Shown here: positions 6,748-17,504 of the stretch, one piece after another | How the letters are laid out: each line of letters opens with the position of its first letter | Numbering within the stretch: position 1 is the first letter of the stretch | Source: a virus | Taxonomy: Duplodnaviria; Caudoviricetes | Reading direction: 5' to 3' (one strand) | DNA: 31,528 bases | Virus record (IMG/VR): IMGVR_UViG_3300030095_002114 | Coordinates: 1 to 31,528 of that record | Notes under the pieces: generated by a model | What the model was told of the DNA's origin: nothing | Databases searched by the model: none | Seen by the model: the letters and a program-made list of their open reading frames with translations, nothing else | Made by a program: the position numbers and the translations under genes

Positions 6748-9699
6748 ATGAGGAACTTATCTTTTCGTGGGTACGCCCAAGGCAAAGGTTTTGACCCTCT
6801 TAAGGTTCCCGATGAAACTTGGAAACTACAAGACGAAACCGAACGAACCCTACGGGGAATGCGTGAAGTCCGTAGTCAGAACCTACAGAATAGAAACGAT
6901 CAACTTGAAACTTTAAAGAGTAATGCTCGTAAAGAAGAAACACAAAGAGATCGTAATTTTAATTTAGATCAAGAATTTAAGAAGGCATATCATGATGCAG
7001 AAATGCAGCATTATAAGACTCGAATTTTAGATCAAGATACAAAAATAAGAGAAGCAAAACTTGATGCACAAAGGTTTGAAAAACTAAAAGACCTTGCACC
7101 TAAAGCTTTCATGGCTGTAGCTGAATTTCAAAATCAGAGATTCGACGCTATCATGGGTAAAGCAAGATCTATCGATAGAAAGTTAGAAGAGCAACTTGGA
7201 ACAGAACAATATGATTTAGTTTTAGACGAAGTTAAAAAAGGTAGAACACTAAAAGAAGTGATGAGAGAACGTCATCCTTCTTATAAAGATACGATTGATA
7301 ATAGCCTTAACGCATGGGAAATGATTGCTGTGCAAAGGCATATGGTTCGCAACAACTTTAACTCTACAATATATGGAGATCTTGCAAACCATAAAGAAAA
7401 TTTCACACGTAACAATACTTCTTTTAACAAAGAAAAAGTTAATGATAAGTTAACAGATGCTTCTACAAGTGTTGCAATATTAGATTCTTTTTATGAAGGA
7501 AAGATGGACCAGCTACAACAAGCTGGTTTTTCTCCAAGCTTTTTAAATAAAGAATTAAGACCAATGCTAGATAAAGTAATTGGTCAAGAAAAGAAAGAAT
7601 TATTTGAAAGAGTTGCAAAGAACAAAGAAGCACAAGTATATGAAACTAGAGGTATAGAAATAATTGAACTGTGGCGTGAAGGTCCACAGGACATTATGAA
7701 TGGTGTATCTGCTGTAAGTGATAAAAAAAGAAGTTTAGATGAGGACTTTCACTATGCTGAACACTATGCAAGAACTGATGACGAATATGGCATGGCGTTC
7801 TGGACTGAGAAGTTTAATGAACCAGTTATTATTAAAGGTAAAGAAACAACAATAGCTCAAGAGTTTCCTAACAGAGTTTCTGCTGTATATAAAAAAGCTA
7901 ATGAAAGGTATAACGAAGCTGAAAAACAACATGAATCTCTTTTAAATCAAAACATAGATCAAGCTTTGACAGTCATACAAAACACTGAAGAGCAACAGGG
8001 ATACGCACAGCATCCAGCTTTATATAAAAAAGTTGTTGACAATTTACTTAACGGTGAGAATGTCACAATGTCTGATCTTGAAAAGTCAGCTAAAGGTAAA
8101 GCACTTATTGATGGTATGAATCGTCCTCTTGAGGATTATGACAACCAGAAATGGGATGCTTGGGCTGCACAGGTAGAAGATGAAAGAGGAGTATTTACTG
8201 TTTCTGATATCATGTCTCCACAAATTTCAGCTGCACAAAGGAAAAGATTATTTTCTAAAACACTTGAAGGCAGAGGATTATCAGGAGAGTTTGATAAAAC
8301 AATTACTAGTACATTAAAAAAGCAAATGAAGCTTATGGCTGGTAGTAAAACAGAAACTGATATACACAGTCCACAGATAGATTTACTTTTACCACACGCT
8401 AAAAAAGATTTTTATAAGCATTTGTTTAAATATTTTGATGAGAATAATGCTGAGAATATACAAGATAAAGACTCTTTAGCTAATGCTGCATTAAGTGATT
8501 ACTTAGCAAGTATGGACCCAAAATCAGGTTTGTATAGATCTGAAGGTTTAGGTGCAAACTTTAAATATAGTTTTTTTGATACTATTGCTGAAGAAATAGC
8601 TCAAGTTAAAACAATAACTTCTATTGCAGATAATCCATCTTTACTTTCTGAAACTGATAGTTTAACTGATGCACAAGATTTACAGATAATTAACTATGGA
8701 AAGAATGGTGGTGCAATGCCACGCGTACTCGAAGAGTTAAATAGCAAACTACCTAACTTAGATCCTATAGCCATAGTCAATATGAGACTTAAAGCTAATG
8801 GTGAAAAAGAAATAGATAGGAAAGGATTAGATAATTTATTTACAGCTACAGATCCTGAGTATCGACATCTAATGACTAACATGCCATCTATGGCTAAAAC
8901 TTTTAGAGCGTTAGATTTAACACTAGAAAAGTCAGGTGATATGTCGGAAGGTAATGCTGCTAAGTATGAAGCATTGATTTCTAAGGATATTGGATCTGCT
9001 TTTAATGAACCATATGAAGTTGTTAGAACACCTAATGGATTAAAAGAAGCATCTGAAATGGGCGTATTGTTGGACTCTACGACTGTAGAGCAATCTATGA
9101 ATATCCTTAATTCTGGTATGGCTGCATCTATTGGTGCATTTGATTTAAACCTATCTTCTATTTATAGAGCTAAAACTGCTGGAATTATTAGTAATGAAGA
9201 TACTCTTAATGCTGCAACACAGTTATCAATTTTTAGATACGAAAAAGAATTAGATACAAGTACTTTTATTATTGATGGAATGGATGAACCATTACCCGGA
9301 CTAGGGCAATACTATACTCTTCCATTTAATTATAAACAAAGGAAAAAAGGTAGAGGTAGAGGTATATCACAAAAGCAAGCTACTGACAGGTTTAATAAAA
9401 ACATAAAAAACATAGTCAAGTTTGTTGATACACAAATGGATGCCCAGTTAGAAGAAGGCAGACAACTATCACTACAACAAGAATTTTTATTTGACCGCAT
9501 AAGACAAAGTATTCAAGCTAATAAAGCAAAGGTTGAATCAGGTGAACTAAAACAAACTAGCAGAGGTCTTAGACCTACTGAAACTAGAAAAGTTGTAGAA
9601 GAAACTAAATCAAATATATTTGCTGCTGACTTTGCTTTAAAAGGTTTTAACTATTACCAATTTACTGACGATATGAGACGAGAACTGGAGAGTGATTAA
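6748..9699 (+). CDS. Internal virion protein (gp15-like)
   Basis: 983 aa, helical character; N-terminal FRGYAQGKGFDPLKVPD resembles cyanopodovirus core proteins; synteny. Confidence 0.7.
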   Translation: MRNLSFRGYAQGKGFDPLKVPDETWKLQDETERTLRGMREVRSQNLQNRNDQLETLKSNARKEETQRDRNFNLDQEFKKAYHDAEMQHYKTRILDQDTKIREAKLDAQRFEKLKDLAPKAFMAVAEFQNQRFDAIMGKARSIDRKLEEQLGTEQYDLVLDEVKKGRTLKEVMRERHPSYKDTIDNSLNAWEMIAVQRHMVRNNFNSTIYGDLANHKENFTRNNTSFNKEKVNDKLTDASTSVAILDSFYEGKMDQLQQAGFSPSFLNKELRPMLDKVIGQEKKELFERVAKNKEAQVYETRGIEIIELWREGPQDIMNGVSAVSDKKRSLDEDFHYAEHYARTDDEYGMAFWTEKFNEPVIIKGKETTIAQEFPNRVSAVYKKANERYNEAEKQHESLLNQNIDQALTVIQNTEEQQGYAQHPALYKKVVDNLLNGENVTMSDLEKSAKGKALIDGMNRPLEDYDNQKWDAWAAQVEDERGVFTVSDIMSPQISAAQRKRLFSKTLEGRGLSGEFDKTITSTLKKQMKLMAGSKTETDIHSPQIDLLLPHAKKDFYKHLFKYFDENNAENIQDKDSLANAALSDYLASMDPKSGLYRSEGLGANFKYSFFDTIAEEIAQVKTITSIADNPSLLSETDSLTDAQDLQIINYGKNGGAMPRVLEELNSKLPNLDPIAIVNMRLKANGEKEIDRKGLDNLFTATDPEYRHLMTNMPSMAKTFRALDLTLEKSGDMSEGNAAKYEALISKDIGSAFNEPYEVVRTPNGLKEASEMGVLLDSTTVEQSMNILNSGMAASIGAFDLNLSSIYRAKTAGIISNEDTLNAATQLSIFRYEKELDTSTFIIDGMDEPLPGLGQYYTLPFNYKQRKKGRGRGISQKQATDRFNKNIKNIVKFVDTQMDAQLEEGRQLSLQQEFLFDRIRQSIQANKAKVESGELKQTSRGLRPTETRKVVEETKSNIFAADFALKGFNYYQFTDDMRRELESD

Positions 9700-12600
9700 T
9701 GGATTCTTATAATACTGGACGCTATGACCTTCATGAGCGTTCTATACAAAGACAAAAAGAGAAAGAATTAGAAGAGAAGTTACCTACTCCAGAAGCTAGT
9801 GGTGAACAACCCAGTGCTCCTACAGATCCAAAGAAGTTTGGATTTAAAGAGAATGCACAGGAAGTTGCTGATGCAGTAGTTGGTGGTGGTATTGATATTT
9901 ACAACAGTGTTGTATCACTACCTAAGTTATTAGATAAAAGGTTTTATCAACCTACAGATCCTAGTAACCCATGGAAGTATGACTCTCCTCTATTAATAAA
10001 GAATGCCCCTATTACTGAAACAAGATGGGGTAAGTTTTTAAGAACTGGTGTTGAATTTGTTGGTGGTACACTTGCTGCTGGCAAATTAGTTTGGGGTGCT
10101 AGAGGACTTAAAGGAATAGCTGCTGTAGCTAAAGGTAAAAGATTAGGTCGTGTTGGAATGTCTGCTGTATCTGGTGCAACTTACGATTTAGTAAGTAACC
10201 AGTCACAGGAAACTAACATGGCTAGGGTTCTTGTAGATACCTTTCCTAATAAAGCTGGAATACTAGAACCATTAGCAACGACTGAAACTATGTCCCCTGC
10301 TATGAAGTCCTTTTACAACATGGGTGAAGGATTAGGTCTAGGCGGATTGATGGATGTGACTTTTGAAGCTGTTGGTTTAGGTGTCAAAGCTTATGGTAAA
10401 AGTGCTAAGAAATCACAGAAAGCAATTACTGGAAATAAAGATGATTTACTAAAAGCTTTAGATGAAAGTGTTGAAATAGATAATGTAGCTAAAGAAGCTG
10501 CTGTACTTAAAGGTGCTAAAGCAGCTTACGATAAAGCTGAATATCGTAAATACACTAATAAAACTAAAAAAGCTGGAGTAGATCCACTACCAAAAGCACA
10601 GTTTCTTAAAAGAAATAAAGGTTGGGAAAGATTAGATCCAGAACTACAGATACAAAAGATGTCTGAGTTTGCTGAAAAGAATGAAATTGATTTTGGTCCT
10701 AACTACGACTTTTCAAGACGAGCTAGGAAGCAAGGTGAAGCAAACATGGAACTCCAGAAAGAACAACTTGAGTATGATGTAGCATCTGGTAAACCTAGAG
10801 AAAACCCTGCTTACTATAAAGGCGGAGATATTACTGATAACCAAGCATTAACCAATACAGATAATCCTGTTGAGGGTGTAAGGGATATGATCGAGATTCG
10901 TAATAATCCTACTCAAAAGTATGGTTCTCCTAGAGGTCCATTGACTGAAGCTAACATCCGTAGGACTGAATATACAGCCCCTGGTATGATGCTTGAAGAA
11001 GTTAATGCTTTAGGTAAAAACTTAGAAGCAAGCCCATCTTTTCAAAGACTATCTGGTTTTGTAACTAACAAGGCTTTAGATAGAGATTTAAGACGATCAG
11101 CAGTTGATCTTCTTACATTTATGGATGACTCAGGTCATTCCAGATTAATGGATATTTCTGAAGATGATGTTCTTAAGTATATTGGTGATCCAAGAGCTGC
11201 TACAGAAATTGCTGATGGTCAAGTTCTTCATTATTTAAGTCCAGTTCAATTAAGATCTCTTGACTTAATAAAAGGTCAGTTATTATTTGAAGCACGAGAT
11301 TTACAAAAAGGTGGATTTAGTGTTGCAAATAAAATAGATATATCTGCTAACGGTTCATTATTAGATGGAATAATGGCTAGATACTCTGCATTAGGACGAT
11401 TAAGAAAAGAAGCTAGTTTAGCTAGTTCTGCTGAACTTAGATCTTATGGTGGAGGAGCTATATCTAAAAAAGAAATTATTGCTAGGGCTTCAGATGAAGC
11501 TGCTGCTGAAATGGCTGCTGTTAAAGAGGTACTTAAAAATGACCCTGATAATGCTTTACTAGAAGGTTTTTTACATTTTAATGCTGAAAGCAATGGTAGT
11601 GCTCAGACATTTAAAGATTTTAATGCGTTTTTTAAACGTAAGCTCAGAGGATATAAGCAAGGTGATAAATATCAAAGGAACGCAATACTAAACGAGATGA
11701 TGACTATGGGTGTTAACTCTATGTTGTCTGGTTCTAAAACACCTGTACGTGCATTAGTAGGTACTGGTATGGGAACTGTTATGCGTCCTGTTGCAACCAT
11801 GCTTGGTGCTATCGGTAGATCTGATGACACTGTTATGAGAGGAGCATTCCAAAATATTGGTGGAATGGTTGAAGCTAGAAATGAAGCATGGCGTAAAGCT
11901 GTAGCTGATTTTCAGTCTTACAACATGAATGAAGAAGGATTTAGAGGATATATAAAAAATAAGAAAGACCAAGAATGGGAACAGATGATGTCTTGGGCAG
12001 CTACTTATGGAACTGCTGGCGATAGAGCTAGTGCTAAGTTTGCAGATGCTCTTAGAGGTATTAATAAGATTCCTGTATTTAACTATGGTCCTAGAGTTAT
12101 GAGGTCTATGGATACCTTCTTTACTCAAATAATAGGTAGAGGTAGACAAAGACAACTAGCTTTTGAAAACGTATATAAGAAAGTAAATGATAAAGGGTTA
12201 GTTGTATCTGATGCAGATCTAGATGATTTAGTCAGAGCAGCTGAAGTTGATTTTGAAGGAAAAGTATTTGATGGTGATGGACGTGTTACAGATGAAATGG
12301 CAAAGTTTGCTGCTGATGAAGCAAAGCTTACTCAGGAACTAACAGGATTTGCTAAGTCATTAGACAAGATGTTTGATCAAGCACCATTCTTTAGACCTTT
12401 CTTTTTGTTCGCAAGAACTGGTGTTAACGCTTTGACAATGACATCAAAGTACACACCTCTTCTTAACTCTTATATTAAAGAACATGCTGACATCATGAGT
12501 AAGTCTTGGGATCATCCCGACTTATTACAGTATGGAATTAAAACAGCTAGTGATCATGAAATAGCTAAAGCTACTATGCGTGGAAGAATGGCTATAAGTT

Positions 12601-13679
12601 ATGGCTTTACCGGTATGGTTGCTTGGGCTGCACTAAATGGTCAGATTACAGGTAATGGACCACCAGATAGAGGTCTAAGAAGTACAATGCAAGCTTTTGG
12701 CTGGCAACCTAGATCAATAAAAATTGGTGATTCTTATGTTAGTTATGAATCCTTAGAACCATTTAATGGAATCCTTGGGTTTGTAGCTGATATAGTCGAC
12801 TCTCAAAAAGTTATGGGAGACGAGTGGACTGGCAATAACTTTGGAAAACTTTCATACATAATTCAAGCAAACGTAATTAACAAATCATTCTTAGCTGGTC
12901 TCTTACAACTGTCAGATTTAATGACATCTCAAGGTGCTGATGCTCCTAGAGTTGCAGCTAACTTTGTAAATAACCAGATACCACTTGGTTCTATGCGTAA
13001 CGAGATTGGTAAATTACTTTCTCCCGGTATGCGTGAATTAGAATCAGGATTCTGGCAAAGTATAGGTAATAGAAACTTATGGGCTGATGTAGTTACAAAA
13101 GGTCAAATGCTTCCATATAGGTATGACCAGTTAAATGGAGAAATACTAAGAGACTGGGAACCTATTACAAGACTTACTAACGCAATATTACCTATAAATT
13201 TAAACATTGGTACGTCAAATGAAACAAGAGAACTTCTATTTAGAAGTGGAGTTAATTTAAAGCAAACATTTAATACTGGACCTAATGGTGAGAATTTAGA
13301 AGGTCATCCTGATCTTAAATCTAAGTTCCAGTTCTATATGGGACAGGAAAATGTTGAAGCTGAAATAACTGAATTTTTCAATAAGTTCCCTGAGATGAAA
13401 CAATCCATCCTTGAGATGGAAAAAGATAGAACAGCTGGTGAGAAATACGAACCACGTAATACATTACATGCTGATCAATTAAGAAACATTTTTAGAAACG
13501 CAAAACGTAGAGCTTGGACTTCTTTACTACATGATGAGGAAGCTGGTACTAAAGCCCAGATACTTTCTGAGGAACATGAACTTGGTTTACTTGGAGATAG
13601 AGCAAGAGTACGAGGAGACTACGAAACTGAAAATCAAACAAAACAAGCAATAGAAAAAATAAAAAACATACCCAAATAA
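9699..13679 (+). CDS. gp16: Large internal virion protein (gp16-like)
   Basis: 1326 aa; C-terminal half has FFLFARTGVN, ITGNGPPD, GWQPRSIKIG, VSYESLEPF and NKSFLAGL motifs typical of gp16-like proteins; precedes the tail fibre. Confidence 0.85.
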   Translation: MDSYNTGRYDLHERSIQRQKEKELEEKLPTPEASGEQPSAPTDPKKFGFKENAQEVADAVVGGGIDIYNSVVSLPKLLDKRFYQPTDPSNPWKYDSPLLIKNAPITETRWGKFLRTGVEFVGGTLAAGKLVWGARGLKGIAAVAKGKRLGRVGMSAVSGATYDLVSNQSQETNMARVLVDTFPNKAGILEPLATTETMSPAMKSFYNMGEGLGLGGLMDVTFEAVGLGVKAYGKSAKKSQKAITGNKDDLLKALDESVEIDNVAKEAAVLKGAKAAYDKAEYRKYTNKTKKAGVDPLPKAQFLKRNKGWERLDPELQIQKMSEFAEKNEIDFGPNYDFSRRARKQGEANMELQKEQLEYDVASGKPRENPAYYKGGDITDNQALTNTDNPVEGVRDMIEIRNNPTQKYGSPRGPLTEANIRRTEYTAPGMMLEEVNALGKNLEASPSFQRLSGFVTNKALDRDLRRSAVDLLTFMDDSGHSRLMDISEDDVLKYIGDPRAATEIADGQVLHYLSPVQLRSLDLIKGQLLFEARDLQKGGFSVANKIDISANGSLLDGIMARYSALGRLRKEASLASSAELRSYGGGAISKKEIIARASDEAAAEMAAVKEVLKNDPDNALLEGFLHFNAESNGSAQTFKDFNAFFKRKLRGYKQGDKYQRNAILNEMMTMGVNSMLSGSKTPVRALVGTGMGTVMRPVATMLGAIGRSDDTVMRGAFQNIGGMVEARNEAWRKAVADFQSYNMNEEGFRGYIKNKKDQEWEQMMSWAATYGTAGDRASAKFADALRGINKIPVFNYGPRVMRSMDTFFTQIIGRGRQRQLAFENVYKKVNDKGLVVSDADLDDLVRAAEVDFEGKVFDGDGRVTDEMAKFAADEAKLTQELTGFAKSLDKMFDQAPFFRPFFLFARTGVNALTMTSKYTPLLNSYIKEHADIMSKSWDHPDLLQYGIKTASDHEIAKATMRGRMAISYGFTGMVAWAALNGQITGNGPPDRGLRSTMQAFGWQPRSIKIGDSYVSYESLEPFNGILGFVADIVDSQKVMGDEWTGNNFGKLSYIIQANVINKSFLAGLLQLSDLMTSQGADAPRVAANFVNNQIPLGSMRNEIGKLLSPGMRELESGFWQSIGNRNLWADVVTKGQMLPYRYDQLNGEILRDWEPITRLTNAILPINLNIGTSNETRELLFRSGVNLKQTFNTGPNGENLEGHPDLKSKFQFYMGQENVEAEITEFFNKFPEMKQSILEMEKDRTAGEKYEPRNTLHADQLRNIFRNAKRRAWTSLLHDEEAGTKAQILSEEHELGLLGDRARVRGDYETENQTKQAIEKIKNIPK

Positions 13680-13713
13680 ATATCCACTCAGTCAAATAAC
13701 TTTTTTAGCGTAA

Positions 13714-16700
13714 ATGGCTGTCACACAGAACCAATACACAGGGAACGGTTCAACCGTTCTATATTCATTTACATTTCCATATTTAGCGACAACAGACGTC
13801 AAGGTTAAACTTGACGGTGTTACGCAAGCGACAACTACATACTCTCTCGCCAACGCTACAACAGTACAAATGAACACAGCTCCAGCTAATGGAGTTGTAG
13901 TTTTAATATTCCGAGATACAGATAACGACAATAAAAAGGCGACATTTTATCCCGGATCTGCAATTAAAGCAGAAGACTTAAACGACAACATAGACCAGAT
14001 TTTATATGTAGCTCAAGAAGTTGACAACAACGCTATGAGCACACTTGGTGATGATGCTATGCAAGGTGACTTAAGCCTTGGTAATAACAAAATCACCAAT
14101 CTTGGTAATCCAGTAAGTGGATCTGATGGAGTTAACAAAACAACATTAGATGCAACTATTGATACTGCTATAGAATCTGACGTTTTAGTCGGTACTGATT
14201 TATCAAAATCTGCGAGTGGTGGTCAAGTCACTATTAGTCACAATGTTACTGGTGCAAATACAACCATTAACAACAGTGCTGGAAATGTTTTACAAGACAT
14301 TACTATCTCAGCTCAGGGTCACGTTACATCGGCTGGTTCTACCAATCTAGATGATAGGTATTACACCGAAACTGAACTTAATGCGGGACAGTTAGATAAT
14401 AGATATTTCACTGAAACAGAACTCAGTGGAGGACAACTAAATAATCTTTACTATACAGAAACAGAATTAGATGGAGGTCAACTAGACAACCGCTACTTCA
14501 CAGAAACAGAATTAAACAACGGTCAGTTAGATAATAGATATTTTACTGAAGCCGAATTAAACAACGGTCAATTAGATACTAGATACTTTAGACAAGACAG
14601 TAGTGAAACTATAACCAGTGGAGCTACATGGTCTGGTAGTGATAACTTTATTGCTACAACTGCTGCTATCGATGCACGTATTGTTGACTTAGTTGACGAC
14701 GTAGGTGGTTTCGTACCTATCGCAAACGAAACAAGTTTCCCGGCTACAAACCCTGATGTTAATAACGGAACAGGTACGCTTGTTTCTATTAAAACCATGT
14801 CCTCTGCACGAACACCAAGTGGTGGTTCGATTGTAATTACAGATGGAGCTGGCTCAGGAAATGATGTAACTATTACTGGTTTAGGTACTACGGTCCTACC
14901 CGCTGGTTATGGTGTCATTGTTGAAACAACAGGAACAACTCATACATATACATTCCACAGATTATCTCCTGACGCTACTAGCGTTACAGCTGTATCTGCT
15001 ATACCTAATGAAATAGCTACAGTTGCAGGGATATCATCTCATGTACAAACAGTATCTGGCATTAATAATGATGTACAGGTAGTTGGTGCAAATAGCTCTA
15101 ACGTTACTACTGTTGCTGGAAGCATTACCAATGTTAATACAGCTGCAAGTAACTTAGACCAAATACAAAACTTTGCTAATGTTTATAGGATTGTTAACTC
15201 AGATCCTACAACCAGTCTTAATGCTGGAGATTTAATATTTAATACTACTACTAATAAGTTTAGGGTTTATACCGGAGCTGCTTGGGTAGACGCTGTTGCT
15301 AGACAGTTTAGTGACAACACTAAAATGCAGTTTGGTAATAGTAATGATCTAGAAATTTATCATGATGGAAACAACAGCTTTATTGAAAATGCTGGAACTG
15401 GCAATTTAAATTTATATGCTGATGATGTAAATATTTTAAATAAAGCAAAAACAGAATGGAAAGCTAAATTTATTTCAAACGGAAGCGTAGAACTCTTCTA
15501 TGATGCAAGCAAAAAGTTTGAGACAACAAGTAGTGGTGCGACAGTTACAGGATCGCTTACTACAGATGGATTCACCTCAACCACATCAGGTGATGCAATC
15601 TTTACAGGAACAACATCAGGTAGAAACGCAAAATGGGATACTTCCCATGACCGTTTAATTTTCGATGATAATGCTAAAGCTGTCTTTGGTAGTGGTGCAG
15701 ACCTACAAATTTATTCAGATGGATCAACTGTTTTCTATTTAGGAAATGATCAAAGATTTAGAAATTTAGCATCGGATGAGAATTTTCTCACTTTTGCTGC
15801 TAATGGTGCAGTAACAGCGTTTTATGACGGCAGTAAAAAGTTTGAGACAACTAGTACTGGAGCAACAATTACCTCTAATGGATCACAAAATGGTTTAACT
15901 CTTGTTCATGGTAATGGTAATACCAGTGCTATTTTAAGACACGTTGGAACTGGCGATGAAGGTGAGTTTCATTTAAAAGACGGTGGTTCGACTCTCTTAT
16001 ATTTAAGTGGTGCTAGTGGTGGAGATTCTAATATTACTACAGGTGGTAATTTTGATCTTGAACATGATTCAGCTAAGTTAAGACTTGGTGCTGGAAATGA
16101 CTTACAAATTTATCACGATGGTACGGATAGTTTTATTAAAAATACTACAGGTAATTTAATAATAGGTGATACAACTGGAAATGTTATTTTACAAGGTAAA
16201 TTTGGTGAGGATAGTTTAATTTGTAAACCTGACGGTGCTGTAGAACTTAATTTTGATAACACTAAAAAGTTTGAGACTACAAGTACTGGAGCTACAGTTA
16301 CAGGAAATTTTATTGCTACAGGAAACTTAAATGTTAATGATAACGGTAATATAAATGTTGGAAATAGTGGAGATTTACAGTTATTTCATAATGGAACAAA
16401 CTCTTTTATTGATAGTGATACAGGTAATCTAGTAATTTCAAGCGTTGCTGATATGAGATTTAATTCTGCTGATTATAAATTTATGAACGCAGGAGATACT
16501 GAGACTTTGGCAAGATTTATTCAAAACGGAGCCGTAGAGTTATATTATGACAACAGTAAAAAGTTTGAGACCAAAACTGGTGGCGTAGAAGTTACAAACG
16601 CTAATGGTGTTGCTGATATAACAGTCAAGAGTACAGGATCTAATAGGGCTGATGTAAGGATTTTAGCAACTGGAACAGGTAGTGCACATTTCTTTATGGA

Positions 16701-17475
16701 TGCTTCTAATGGTGATTTATCTGGAGCCGATTATGCATTTATAACGCATCATAATACTAGTTTAGATCTTGAAATTGGAAATTATGCTAATGATGTAATT
16801 ATTAAAAATAGAAATGGAAGTATAGGGGCTGGAGGACTTAATACAGCTATTCATTGTCATGAAAACGGAGCCGTAGATCTTTATTACGACAGCAATAAAA
16901 AGCTTGAAACATGGTCTAATGGAGTGAAGATATACAACGCTATCAATATTGATAATGAATTGAATCTGCAATCTTTTTCTGATGGTGTTGCTAGAACAAA
17001 GTACATGGATATTGGATATGCTGGATATGCTATGAACTTTAGAAGAACTAATGGTAGTGATGGAGCACATTCTGTTGTTATGACCATGGATAATTCTTTA
17101 GTTATAAGTGGTGACTTTAATAATACTTCTGATGGAAAATTAAAGAAAAACATTGCATCCATAGCCGATGGTGCTATGGCAGTAATAAAAAAATTAAGAC
17201 CAGTTACATTTGATTGGATTGACGAAACAAGAAGAGATAATGTTAGTGGATTTATTGCACAAGAAGTTTTAACAGTATTACCTAATCTTGTAGATGGAAC
17301 TGAATATGACCCAACTCTTAATGATGAAGCCAAAGGTACTAAAGGTGGAATTAAAAGCGATGGATACTCAGTTAATTCAGTCGGTATAACTGCACATCTT
17401 ACAAAAGCATTACAAGAAGCTATCGCTAAGATAGAAGTATTAGAAACCGAAGTTGCAGCATTAAAGGCTGCTTAG
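13714..17475 (+). CDS. gp17: Tail fibre protein (T7 gp17-type N-terminus, repeated shaft units, C-terminal Peptidase_S74-like intramolecular chaperone)
   Basis: N-terminus YTGNGSTVLYSFTFPYL...FYPGSAIKAEDLNDNIDQILYVAQE; C-terminus SDGKLKKNI...LRPVTFDW...GFIAQEV followed by a coiled coil. Confidence 0.93.
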   Translation: MAVTQNQYTGNGSTVLYSFTFPYLATTDVKVKLDGVTQATTTYSLANATTVQMNTAPANGVVVLIFRDTDNDNKKATFYPGSAIKAEDLNDNIDQILYVAQEVDNNAMSTLGDDAMQGDLSLGNNKITNLGNPVSGSDGVNKTTLDATIDTAIESDVLVGTDLSKSASGGQVTISHNVTGANTTINNSAGNVLQDITISAQGHVTSAGSTNLDDRYYTETELNAGQLDNRYFTETELSGGQLNNLYYTETELDGGQLDNRYFTETELNNGQLDNRYFTEAELNNGQLDTRYFRQDSSETITSGATWSGSDNFIATTAAIDARIVDLVDDVGGFVPIANETSFPATNPDVNNGTGTLVSIKTMSSARTPSGGSIVITDGAGSGNDVTITGLGTTVLPAGYGVIVETTGTTHTYTFHRLSPDATSVTAVSAIPNEIATVAGISSHVQTVSGINNDVQVVGANSSNVTTVAGSITNVNTAASNLDQIQNFANVYRIVNSDPTTSLNAGDLIFNTTTNKFRVYTGAAWVDAVARQFSDNTKMQFGNSNDLEIYHDGNNSFIENAGTGNLNLYADDVNILNKAKTEWKAKFISNGSVELFYDASKKFETTSSGATVTGSLTTDGFTSTTSGDAIFTGTTSGRNAKWDTSHDRLIFDDNAKAVFGSGADLQIYSDGSTVFYLGNDQRFRNLASDENFLTFAANGAVTAFYDGSKKFETTSTGATITSNGSQNGLTLVHGNGNTSAILRHVGTGDEGEFHLKDGGSTLLYLSGASGGDSNITTGGNFDLEHDSAKLRLGAGNDLQIYHDGTDSFIKNTTGNLIIGDTTGNVILQGKFGEDSLICKPDGAVELNFDNTKKFETTSTGATVTGNFIATGNLNVNDNGNINVGNSGDLQLFHNGTNSFIDSDTGNLVISSVADMRFNSADYKFMNAGDTETLARFIQNGAVELYYDNSKKFETKTGGVEVTNANGVADITVKSTGSNRADVRILATGTGSAHFFMDASNGDLSGADYAFITHHNTSLDLEIGNYANDVIIKNRNGSIGAGGLNTAIHCHENGAVDLYYDSNKKLETWSNGVKIYNAINIDNELNLQSFSDGVARTKYMDIGYAGYAMNFRRTNGSDGAHSVVMTMDNSLVISGDFNNTSDGKLKKNIASIADGAMAVIKKLRPVTFDWIDETRRDNVSGFIAQEVLTVLPNLVDGTEYDPTLNDEAKGTKGGIKSDGYSVNSVGITAHLTKALQEAIAKIEVLETEVAALKAA
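14347..14589 (+). repeat. Tandem 45-nt (15-aa) repeat LDNRYFTETELxxGQ, 5 full copies plus a partial sixth
   Basis: Seen in translation; the DNA copies differ mainly at synonymous positions. Confidence 0.9.
15320..16930 (+). repeat. Dispersed tail-fibre shaft repeats (GxxxDLQIYHDG...GAVELYYDxxKKFETTSTG)
   Basis: KKFET core with DNA AAAAAGTTTGAGAC at 15511, 15835, 16264 and 16558, and variant AAAAAGCTTGAAAC at 16897. Confidence 0.85.
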
Positions 17476-17504
17476 TAAAATTTAAATAATAGTATTGTTT
17501 TATC

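Noticed and set aside
13676-13700. Phage RNA polymerase promoter (AATATCCACTCAG, compared with AATATACCCCTCAA near 815)
   Set aside because: The similarity is too weak, with only two loose copies, to define a consensus.
14347-14589. CRISPR-like array
   Set aside because: The repeats are in-frame, degenerate at third codon positions and have no unique spacers.
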